Assembly: GCA_963664305.2 (NCBI GenBank)
Contig: CAXXLV010000001.1
Location: 640,001-704,000, forward strand
Length of the DNA stretch: 64,000 bases
Reading direction: 5' to 3'
Source: an uncultured Aliarcobacter sp.
GTDB taxonomy: Bacteria; Campylobacterota; Campylobacteria; Campylobacterales; Arcobacteraceae
The notes under the pieces were generated by a model. The model was not told the DNA's origin and did not search any database. It saw nothing but the letters and a program-made list of their open reading frames with translations. Shown here piece after piece: positions 42,820 to 51,028 of this stretch (its first letter is position 1; the number at the start of each line of letters is the position of its first letter). A program made the translations under genes and the position numbers.

Positions 42820-43734
42820 ATGCAAATAAGCCAAGATAGGTTAACTCATCTAAAACAACTAGAAGCAGAATCAATGCATATTATGAAAGAAGTAGTAGCA
42901 GAATTTTCTAATCCAGCAATGTTATATAGTGTTGGAAAAGATAGTTCAGTTATGTTACATCTTTTACAAAAAGCATTTTATCCAGCGCCTCCACCGCTAC
43001 CTTTAGTTCATGTTGATACAACATGGAAATTTAAAGAGATGATTGAGTTTAGAGATAAAAGAGCTAAAGAAGTTGGTATGGAACTTTTAGTTTATATCAA
43101 TCCAAAAGGAGCTGAAATGAATATCTCTCCTTTTACTCATGGTTCAGCGTTACATACAGATATCATGAAAACTGAAGGTTTAAAAAATATGTTAAACATT
43201 CAACAATTTGATGCTGTATTTGGTGGAGCTAGAAGAGATGAAGAAAAATCAAGAGCTAAAGAGAGAATTTACTCATTTAGAGATAAAAACCATAGATGGG
43301 ATCCAAAAAATCAAAGACCAGAACTTTGGAATATCTATAATGGAAGACACACAAAAGGTGAATCTATTAGAGTATTCCCTTTATCAAACTGGACAGAACT
43401 TGATATTTGGCAATATATCTATTTAGAAAATATTTCTATTCCAGATTTATACTTTGCAAAAGAGAGAGAAGTAGTAGAATATATGGGTACAAAAATCATG
43501 GTTGATGATGATAGAATGCCTGAAGAATTAAGAAAAACAGCTAAAAAAGAGATGGTAAGATTTAGAACTTTAGGATGTTATCCATTAACTGGAGCAGTAA
43601 ACTCTGAAGCTACAACACTACCAGAGATTATTCAAGAGATGCTTATTTGTACAACAAGTGAGAGACAAGGAAGACTTATAGACTCTGATGGGGATGCCTC
43701 AATGGAGAAAAAGAAACAAGAAGGATATTTTTAA
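42820..43734 (+). CDS. cysD: Sulfate adenylyltransferase subunit 2
   Basis: [29 protein letters not shown]. Confidence 0.96.
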   Translation: MQISQDRLTHLKQLEAESMHIMKEVVAEFSNPAMLYSVGKDSSVMLHLLQKAFYPAPPPLPLVHVDTTWKFKEMIEFRDKRAKEVGMELLVYINPKGAEMNISPFTHGSALHTDIMKTEGLKNMLNIQQFDAVFGGARRDEEKSRAKERIYSFRDKNHRWDPKNQRPELWNIYNGRHTKGESIRVFPLSNWTELDIWQYIYLENISIPDLYFAKEREVVEYMGTKIMVDDDRMPEELRKTAKKEMVRFRTLGCYPLTGAVNSEATTLPEIIQEMLICTTSERQGRLIDSDGDASMEKKKQEGYF

Positions 43735-43735
43735 G

Positions 43736-45193
43736 ATGGCACATCAATCAGATTTAATTTCACAAAATATTGAACAATATTTAAAAGAACACGAAAACAA
43801 AGAAATCTTAAGATTTATTACTTGTGGTTCAGTAGATGACGGTAAATCAACTTTAATTGGAAGATTACTTTATGATTCAAAAATGATTTTTGAAGACCAA
43901 TTAGCTGCTATTGAAAAAGATAGTAAAAAAGTTGGAACAACTGGTGATAAAATTGACTTAGCACTTTTAGTTGATGGATTAGCAAGTGAAAGAGAGCAAG
44001 GTATTACTATCGATGTTGCTTATAGATTTTTCTCAACAGAAAGAAGAAAATTCATCATAGCAGATACTCCAGGTCACGAGCAATACACAAGAAACATGGC
44101 AACGGGAGCTAGTACAGCTGATTTAGCAATTATTTTAGTTGATGCAAGACAAGGTATTTTAACACAAACTAAAAGACACTCATACATTGCAAGTCTTTTA
44201 GGAATTAAAAACCTAATCGTTGCTATTAATAAAATGGATTTAGTTGATTTTAGCCAAGAAGTATTTGAAAAGTTTAAAAGTGATTACAATGAAATTATTG
44301 AATATCTTCCACATAACAAAGATTTAAATATTCAATTTATTCCAATTTCTGCACTTGATGGAGATAATATTTTAACTATTTCACCTAAGTGTTCTTGGTA
44401 TACAGGACTTCCTTTAATGGAATTATTAGATACTACACCTATTAATAAACAAGAGTCATCTTCATTTAGATTACCTGTTCAATATGTAGTACGTCCTCAC
44501 TTAAATTTTAGAGGTTTTTCAGGAACAATAGCAAGTGGTGAAATCAAAGTTGGTGATGAGATTACAGTATTACCATCAAGAAAAACATCAAAAGTTAAAT
44601 CTATCGTATCAAATGATATTAAAGATTTAAGACCAATTGGAAAAGATGAAACTGTTGAAACTATAGATAGAGCATTTGCTCCAATGGCAACAACAATTAC
44701 ACTTGAAGATGAAATTGATATTTCTAGAGGAGATATGATTGTAAAATCAGACGATATTCCAAAAGTATCTAATCACTTATCTTGTATGGTTGTATGGATG
44801 GATGAAGCTCCTTTAAAATTAAATCAAAACTATATTATTAAAAGAGCAACTTCAGTATTAAATGGTGCATTTAATGCTATTGAATTTAAAAAGAATATCA
44901 ATACATTTGAAGAGATTGATGCAACAGAATTAGCTTTAAATGATATTGCAAAATGTACATTATCATTAGATAGAGAAATTGCAGTTGATCCATACCATGA
45001 AAATAGATACACAGGAAGTTTTATCATTATTGATAAATACAATAACTCAACTGTTGGTGCTGGTATGATTGTATCTTCTATTGAAGGTTTTGCTCATTTA
45101 GAAGAAGAGAAAAAAGTTTATTCAAAAGCAGAAATTGAATTAAATGAATTTATTAGAAGAAATTATCCTGAATGGGAATGTAAGGCAATATAG
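43736..45193 (+). CDS. cysN: Sulfate adenylyltransferase subunit 1 (no CysC domain)
   Basis: GSVDDGKST, EREQGITID, DTPGH, NKMD; start moved to ATG 43736. Confidence 0.95.
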   Translation: MAHQSDLISQNIEQYLKEHENKEILRFITCGSVDDGKSTLIGRLLYDSKMIFEDQLAAIEKDSKKVGTTGDKIDLALLVDGLASEREQGITIDVAYRFFSTERRKFIIADTPGHEQYTRNMATGASTADLAIILVDARQGILTQTKRHSYIASLLGIKNLIVAINKMDLVDFSQEVFEKFKSDYNEIIEYLPHNKDLNIQFIPISALDGDNILTISPKCSWYTGLPLMELLDTTPINKQESSSFRLPVQYVVRPHLNFRGFSGTIASGEIKVGDEITVLPSRKTSKVKSIVSNDIKDLRPIGKDETVETIDRAFAPMATTITLEDEIDISRGDMIVKSDDIPKVSNHLSCMVVWMDEAPLKLNQNYIIKRATSVLNGAFNAIEFKKNINTFEEIDATELALNDIAKCTLSLDREIAVDPYHENRYTGSFIIIDKYNNSTVGAGMIVSSIEGFAHLEEEKKVYSKAEIELNEFIRRNYPEWECKAI

Positions 45194-46287
45194 TGTCTAA
45201 CAATTTAGCATTAAATATAGAAAAAATAAAAAAAGAGAAAAGTGGAGTAGATGTATTAGCAGACATCTACTTCTATGCAGTTTTTGGTGAAAGAATGAGT
45301 CTTGAAGATATGGAGAGATTCAAATGGTATGGACTTTATGCACAAGATGAAGAACAAAACTATTTTAAACTAAAAATTCCATTATCTATGGGAGAATTAA
45401 ATCTAATCCAATTAAAAACTCTTAGTTTAATATCTAAAAAATATAGTAATGAGACTTTGATTTTTTCAGATGAACAAAAAATAGAACTTACTAATCTAAA
45501 AATTTTTGATTTACCAGAGATTTTAAAACTTCTTCAAGAGATAAATTTAAACACTTATTTTGAAGCGGGTCATACAGTAAGAAGAGTTTTAACTTGTCCA
45601 GTAAATGGAATAGACCATACGCAACTTTTAGATGTTGAACCTCTTGCAAATAAGTTAAATGAAACATTTATTGGGAATAAAAATTTTGAAAATCTTCCAA
45701 ATAAACTTCAAATTGCAATTAGTGGTTATGAAGAAGGATGTGATGTTCAATTTACACCAGATGTTAGTTTTAATGCAACAAAAGATGAAAAAGATAAAAT
45801 TGTTTTTGCAGTTAAAATTTTAGACAAAATTATAGGTTATATCACACCTGCACAAGTTATAAAAACTGCAATTGCAATTGCTAATATTTATAAAGATTTT
45901 GGAGATAGAGAAAATCCAAGAAGAAGTACGTTTGAATATCTTGTAAATAATTGGGGATTCAACAAATTCTCTGATATTTTAAATGCAACTGTAAATTACA
46001 AAATTCAAAGAAATATAAATAAAAGTGAAAATATCATCCCAAGAAAACCTAGACTTGGAATTAATAAAAGTAAAATTGAAGGTCAAAGTTATATAGGTTG
46101 TAGAGTAAAATCTTCAACTATTTCTAGTACAAATATTGACACATTATCAACTTTGCTTGAAAAATATGAAGCAAGTAGAGTTAAAATCACGCATAAAGGG
46201 AATATTATTATTCTAAATGTTCCTACAATAAGTGCTGAAAACTTAGCAAAAGAGTTAGAAAAAATCAACTTTAATCCTTTTGTTTAA
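45193..46287 (+). CDS. Nitrite/sulfite reductase-like protein lacking the C-terminal siroheme/4Fe-4S domain
   Basis: FKWYGLY, RRVLTCP, LPNKLQIAISG, DFGDRENPRR; only 364 aa. Confidence 0.75.
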   Translation: MSNNLALNIEKIKKEKSGVDVLADIYFYAVFGERMSLEDMERFKWYGLYAQDEEQNYFKLKIPLSMGELNLIQLKTLSLISKKYSNETLIFSDEQKIELTNLKIFDLPEILKLLQEINLNTYFEAGHTVRRVLTCPVNGIDHTQLLDVEPLANKLNETFIGNKNFENLPNKLQIAISGYEEGCDVQFTPDVSFNATKDEKDKIVFAVKILDKIIGYITPAQVIKTAIAIANIYKDFGDRENPRRSTFEYLVNNWGFNKFSDILNATVNYKIQRNINKSENIIPRKPRLGINKSKIEGQSYIGCRVKSSTISSTNIDTLSTLLEKYEASRVKITHKGNIIILNVPTISAENLAKELEKINFNPFV

Positions 46288-46314
46288 AAAAGAGCTTTTT
46301 ATTAAGCTCTTTTT
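46287..46314 (+). terminator. Terminator of the sulfur operon
   Basis: AAAAAGAGCTT-loop-AAGCTCTTTTT. Confidence 0.75.
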
Positions 46315-46392
46315 ATTGAAGCCAACTCTTATACTAAATAACTTAAAATTATAAAACAGATAACAATAACTAATTATAAAGAGTAAAAATTT

Positions 46393-47694
46393 ATGGATAA
46401 AAATATTTTTAGACCTTTTTTCAATGAAAATACAGATTTATTAAACTTTATTAGATACAACACAATTGGAAAAAATAAAAAAGAGTATTTTGATTACACT
46501 GCTTCGGGACTTGCATTTAGACAAATAGAAAATAGAATTTTTGATGTTTTAGAAACTTATGCAAATACTCACTCTAAAGAAGCTTCAAATGCTGATACTA
46601 CATCAAATTATTATGAACTTGCAAGAAAAAATCTAGCAAAATCTTTGGAATTAAATGATGAATTTGCAATACTTCCTAGCGGTTGTGGAACAACTGCTGC
46701 TATAAAAAAATTTCAAGAATTATTAGGAATATATATTCCTCCTGCAACAATTAAAAGATTTGGAATAACAGTAGCTAAAAAGAAACTTCCACTAATCATC
46801 GTTGGACCTTATGAACATCATTCAAATGAAGTAAGTTATAGAGAAGCTTTATGTGAAGTAATAAGGATAAAACTAACAAGTGATGGATTGGTTGACCTTT
46901 TTCAATTAAAAGAAGTTCTGCAAGAAAATGCTCATAGAGAAATCATTGGTTGCTTTTGTATTGCTTCAAATGTATCTGGAATAATTACTCCTTATGAAGA
47001 GATATCAAAACTTATTAAACGTTATGGTGGGAAAGTTTTATTTGATGCAGCAGCAAGTAGTCCATATATAAATGTACCATGTGAATTATATGATGCTTTA
47101 GTTTTATCTCCTCATAAACTTCTTGGAGGTCCTGGAAGTTGTGGATTATTAATTATTAGAAAAAATCTTATTGATACATCAATTGCTCCAACATTTGCTG
47201 GTGGCGGAACGGTAGAGTATGTAAATAAAGATTCGCAATATTATCAAAAAGATATAGAAGCTAGAGAAGATGCTGGAACTCCACCTATTTTGCAATTTAT
47301 TCGAGCAAGCCTTGCATATCAACTAAGAAATGAAATAGGTTTTGATTTTATAAAAGATAGAAAAAATGAATTAAAAGAGTATTTTATAAGTGAACTAAAA
47401 AATATACCAAATTGTGTGATCTATGGAAATCAAGAAGTTGAAAATATAGGAATTGTTTCTTTTAATATAAAAGGTTTAAGTCCTTATGATTTATGTAACA
47501 ATTTGTCTTCAACTGATAATTTCCAAACAAGAGCTGGATGTTCATGTGCTGGACCTTATGGACATGATTTACTTGGGATAAAGGAACTAGATATAAATAA
47601 TCGTCCAGGATGGGTTAGAATTTCTATTCATTTTTCACAAACAAAAGAAGATATTAAAAATTTAATTGAGAGTATTAAAAAGATTGTTAAATAA
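46393..47694 (+). CDS. Class V aminotransferase, cysteine-desulfurase-like
   Basis: FDYTASG, EHHSN, SPHKLLGGPG, AGTP, RAGCSCA. Confidence 0.88.
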   Translation: MDKNIFRPFFNENTDLLNFIRYNTIGKNKKEYFDYTASGLAFRQIENRIFDVLETYANTHSKEASNADTTSNYYELARKNLAKSLELNDEFAILPSGCGTTAAIKKFQELLGIYIPPATIKRFGITVAKKKLPLIIVGPYEHHSNEVSYREALCEVIRIKLTSDGLVDLFQLKEVLQENAHREIIGCFCIASNVSGIITPYEEISKLIKRYGGKVLFDAAASSPYINVPCELYDALVLSPHKLLGGPGSCGLLIIRKNLIDTSIAPTFAGGGTVEYVNKDSQYYQKDIEAREDAGTPPILQFIRASLAYQLRNEIGFDFIKDRKNELKEYFISELKNIPNCVIYGNQEVENIGIVSFNIKGLSPYDLCNNLSSTDNFQTRAGCSCAGPYGHDLLGIKELDINNRPGWVRISIHFSQTKEDIKNLIESIKKIVK

Positions 47695-47753
47695 TTTATT
47701 TTAGTTAAAAAGGTTAACTGAAAATTATTTCAGTTTCCTTTTTTGATTCAAAA

Positions 47754-48344
47754 TTAGAATTTAAAATTTAAACCTGCAAACATTGATGTTGAATCTTCAA
47801 TTTCAATTTTAGCTGTCATATCAACACCGCCATCTGACCAATTGAAAGTTTTATCTAAATTATATTTTGTATATGCTAATCCTAACTCTAATTCAATATT
47901 TTTTGTAATATCATAAATCCCACCAACTTGTGCTCCATATGCTAAACCTGAGATTTTTGCAGTTCCTAATGTATCAATATTTGTTTCTTTATATTCTGCA
48001 TTACCAACATGTACACCAGCATATAATCTAAACTCATTATTTATTGGCATTAAATAATCATAATTCCCTAAAATTACTCTAAAATCTGTATCAGTTGCAT
48101 TAAAATTTGCATGAGATATTGATACTCTATGTGTATTATCTAATATTATCCCTGCTTTTAATTTTAAAGTAGAATCTGTTACATTATCTGATAAATTTAT
48201 AACATTACCATTTGAACCTGAACCATTGATTTTATAATCTAAATCTCCTCTTTCAACACCAGCACCTAAGAAATATTGTAAATCCATTGCCATCATTGAT
48301 GTACTTGCTAAAACTAAACTTGTCATAACTAATGATTTTTTCAT
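47754..48344 (-). CDS. Outer-membrane beta-barrel protein
   Basis: Signal peptide from MKKSLV, alternating beta strands, C-terminal Phe (GLNFKF). Confidence 0.85.
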   Translation of the reverse strand: MKKSLVMTSLVLASTSMMAMDLQYFLGAGVERGDLDYKINGSGSNGNVINLSDNVTDSTLKLKAGIILDNTHRVSISHANFNATDTDFRVILGNYDYLMPINNEFRLYAGVHVGNAEYKETNIDTLGTAKISGLAYGAQVGGIYDITKNIELELGLAYTKYNLDKTFNWSDGGVDMTAKIEIEDSTSMFAGLNFKF

Positions 48345-48573
48345 TATTTTTCCCTTTATTTTTATTTGAAAATACATTAAAATATGTATACAAATCGAAG
48401 TCTATCAGGCAATTGACTCACAAATCACTCTTTTTTATATTTTATTATTAATTAATCATTAAAAACATTATTTATGTATAATTTTGTAACTTAATTTTTA
48501 TAATTTTATAAACTAAACAAAAACTAAACAATCCATTTAGAGTTCATTAACCTAAAATGTCTACAATTCCTCC

Positions 48574-49692
48574 ATGAGTTTTATAATATTTTTTTCAGTT
48601 TTTTTGACTGTTTTTGCTTTCCAAACATGGGTAATAAAAAAACGTCTTATAAATAAACTGGATTTTAATTATAAAACAAAAAAGTATCTTAGCTTTTTAC
48701 TATATCTAACATTTTTTGGGGTACTTATGTATCCAATAGCTAGATACTTTCCAATAGTGCCAAATTGGCTCTATTTTCTCCTTTCTTTGCCAATTGGGGT
48801 GATTTTTTTAACATTTATAATCACTTTATTTCATGAATTCATCTCATTTGGTTTATCTAAAACAAAATATACAAAAAATCGAAGAGAGTTTTTCAAAAAA
48901 GGTCTAGACATTGGTGTAATTTCAGCTGTAATTGCAACTAATGCAAAAGCCATTGATAATGCTAGAAATATTGAACTTGAAGTTGTTGATGTAAAAATAA
49001 AATATTTAAAAGAAGCCTATTCGATAGTTCAATTAAGTGATATTCATATTGGTGGATTAATCACAAAGGATTTTATAACTAATCTTGTAAAAAAAGTAAA
49101 TATTTTAAATCCAGATGTTGTTGTAATAACTGGTGATTTAGTTGATACAAAACTTGAATATGCAAAACCTGCACTTGATGAATTAAAAAATATAAACTCA
49201 AAATATGGAACTTATTTTATAGTGGGAAATCATGAGTATTTTCATGGAGTTAAACCAATAATTGATTATGTAAATACTCTAAATATAAAAACACTTGAAA
49301 ATGAAAATGTTTATATTGGAGAAAAAGATAAAGGATTTTATCTTTGTGGTGTTTATGATAGATTTGGAAATAGATATGGTTCTTTTGAGCCTAACATAAA
49401 TAAAGCTTTAGAAAATACTCAAAATGAACCAACTGTTTTATTAGCTCATCAACCAAAATTTGTTGAAGAAATTGATACACATGGAATAGATTTGATTCTT
49501 TGTGGTCATACACATGGTGGACAAATTTTTCCATTTAATTTTTTAGTAAAACTTCAACAACCATATGTAAAAGGTTTAAATCAACATAGTAATTCAACTC
49601 AAGTTTATGTTAATAAAGGTACAGGATTTTGGGGACCACCCATGAGATTGGGGGCTTCAAGTGAGATAACTATTTTAAAATTATCTGCTTGA
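48574..49692 (+). CDS. Membrane-anchored metallophosphoesterase
   Basis: SDIH, GDLVD, GNHE, LAHQP, GHTHGGQ. Confidence 0.92.
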   Translation: MSFIIFFSVFLTVFAFQTWVIKKRLINKLDFNYKTKKYLSFLLYLTFFGVLMYPIARYFPIVPNWLYFLLSLPIGVIFLTFIITLFHEFISFGLSKTKYTKNRREFFKKGLDIGVISAVIATNAKAIDNARNIELEVVDVKIKYLKEAYSIVQLSDIHIGGLITKDFITNLVKKVNILNPDVVVITGDLVDTKLEYAKPALDELKNINSKYGTYFIVGNHEYFHGVKPIIDYVNTLNIKTLENENVYIGEKDKGFYLCGVYDRFGNRYGSFEPNINKALENTQNEPTVLLAHQPKFVEEIDTHGIDLILCGHTHGGQIFPFNFLVKLQQPYVKGLNQHSNSTQVYVNKGTGFWGPPMRLGASSEITILKLSA

Positions 49693-49695
49693 TTT

Positions 49696-49791
49696 TTACT
49701 TTTGTAAAATAAAAAATGAACTTAAAATTGATAAAGTATAAATACTCATCAAAATAATATAATCGATTTTATTTGTTTTGTTCTTTTCCAT
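49696..49791 (-). CDS. Small single-TM protein (31 aa), absent from the ORF track
   Basis: AAAGGAG RBS then MEKNKTNKIDYIILMSIYTLSILSSFFILQK*. Confidence 0.6.
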   Translation of the reverse strand: MEKNKTNKIDYIILMSIYTLSILSSFFILQK

Positions 49792-49828
49792 TGAAATCTC
49801 CTTTGTAAGAAGGAGTTTTCACTCCCTC

Positions 49829-50242
49829 TTATTTTACTGTAATTGTTTTTTTCGTATTATCATCTTTTAGTTTCGGGATTATTACTTCTAAAACTCCATT
49901 ATCACTGCTTGCTTCAATATTTTCAATATCTGCATTATCTGGAAGCGTAAAACTTCTTGAGAATTTCCCAAAATATGTTTCTACTTTATAATAATCTTCT
50001 TCTTTAACTTCCTCTTTGAGTTTTCTTTCTCCACTGATTGTTAAAACACCTTTATTTATATCAACTTTTATATCTTCTTTTTTTACACCAGGTAAGTCAA
50101 CATCAACATGATAAGCAAACTCCCCTTCCCTTGTATTTACAACTGGGACGAAAGCACCAACACCTTCATTTTTAGATTGGTTATATAGATTTTTTTCTAA
50201 TTCTTTTAATTGTTTAAATGGGTCAAATTTTGTAATTAACAT
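49829..50242 (-). CDS. Hsp20/alpha-crystallin small heat-shock protein
   Basis: DLPGVKKEDI…LTISGER…FGKFSRSFTLP…NGVLEVIIPK. Confidence 0.95.
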   Translation of the reverse strand: MLITKFDPFKQLKELEKNLYNQSKNEGVGAFVPVVNTREGEFAYHVDVDLPGVKKEDIKVDINKGVLTISGERKLKEEVKEEDYYKVETYFGKFSRSFTLPDNADIENIEASSDNGVLEVIIPKLKDDNTKKTITVK

Positions 50243-50268
50243 CTCTAACTCCTTAGATAAATTGTAAA

Positions 50269-50289
50269 CTTGACTTTATATTTATCAAG
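50269..50289. promoter_or_regulatory. HAIR-like (HspR) site
   Basis: CTTGACT-N7-TATCAAG versus consensus CTTGAGT-N7-ACTCAAG. Confidence 0.55.
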
Positions 50290-50312
50290 CTGATGAAATA
50301 TTAACATATTTT

Positions 50313-50339
50313 TTAGCACTTGTCAATATATAGTGCTAA
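50313..50339. promoter_or_regulatory. CIRCE (HrcA) site overlapping the hsp20 -35 box
   Basis: TTAGCACTT-N9-TAGTGCTAA; minus-strand TTGACA at 50321-50326. Confidence 0.85.
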
Positions 50340-50377
50340 CTATTTTATATAATTACTATTTGATGGAGATTTTTAAT

Positions 50378-50404
50378 TTAGCACTAAAATATTTTTAGTG
50401 CTAA
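50378..50404. promoter_or_regulatory. Second CIRCE-like palindrome
   Basis: TTAGCACTA-N9-TAGTGCTAA. Confidence 0.7.
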
Positions 50405-50405
50405 A

Positions 50406-50846
50406 TTAATGCATAGAACAAGGGCTCATTCCAGTTTTAAAGAACATTGCAGTAACAGTGTCCATACTTTGTATATGATTTATTAGCCAAGACACTAGAT
50501 TATTTTCAAAATAGCTTTTTAATTTAGAAATATCTTTTTCTACTTGGAAATTCTCTAAAACTCTGTTAATTTCATATAAATTTGAATCATGTTCTGCTTT
50601 ATGAAAAGAATATGCAAAAAAAACTTTTTCTCTCATCTCTTTTTCTTCTGTTGCAAAATGATTTTCAGTATGAACTATCCATTCTATATATTTTGATTTT
50701 AAATCTTCAAAGTTCAAATTAGAAGAATCTTTTTCATAATCTAAAATTTTTTCATAAAGTTCATTTATAATATCAACATCTTCAAAATGTGTTACATTCA
50801 TAAATTCCATAGCAACAAGTGGTAAATTATTTTTATTTATTAACAT
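50406..50846 (-). CDS. Single-domain hemerythrin family protein
   Basis: H…HFATEE.EM…HKAEH…WLINHIQSMD. Confidence 0.88.
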   Translation of the reverse strand: MLINKNNLPLVAMEFMNVTHFEDVDIINELYEKILDYEKDSSNLNFEDLKSKYIEWIVHTENHFATEEKEMREKVFFAYSFHKAEHDSNLYEINRVLENFQVEKDISKLKSYFENNLVSWLINHIQSMDTVTAMFFKTGMSPCSMH

Positions 50847-50896
50847 TTAAATCTCCTAATTTTTACGAATTCTATTTAATTTAAAAATTTTTTTAA

Positions 50897-50910
50897 TTGA
50901 TTGAAATCAA
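50897..50910. promoter_or_regulatory. FNR/DNR-type box
   Basis: Perfect TTGAT-TGAA-ATCAA, about 50 nt upstream of the hemerythrin gene. Confidence 0.7.
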
Positions 50911-51028
50911 GTACTAAAATATAAACAATATATTTCAGTTACAATTGTATTACTTCTATACAAAATTTAATAACTAACTTTTTATTATTTTTTGTATAAT
51001 GATTTTAATTCAAAAAAAGGATTAAAAT

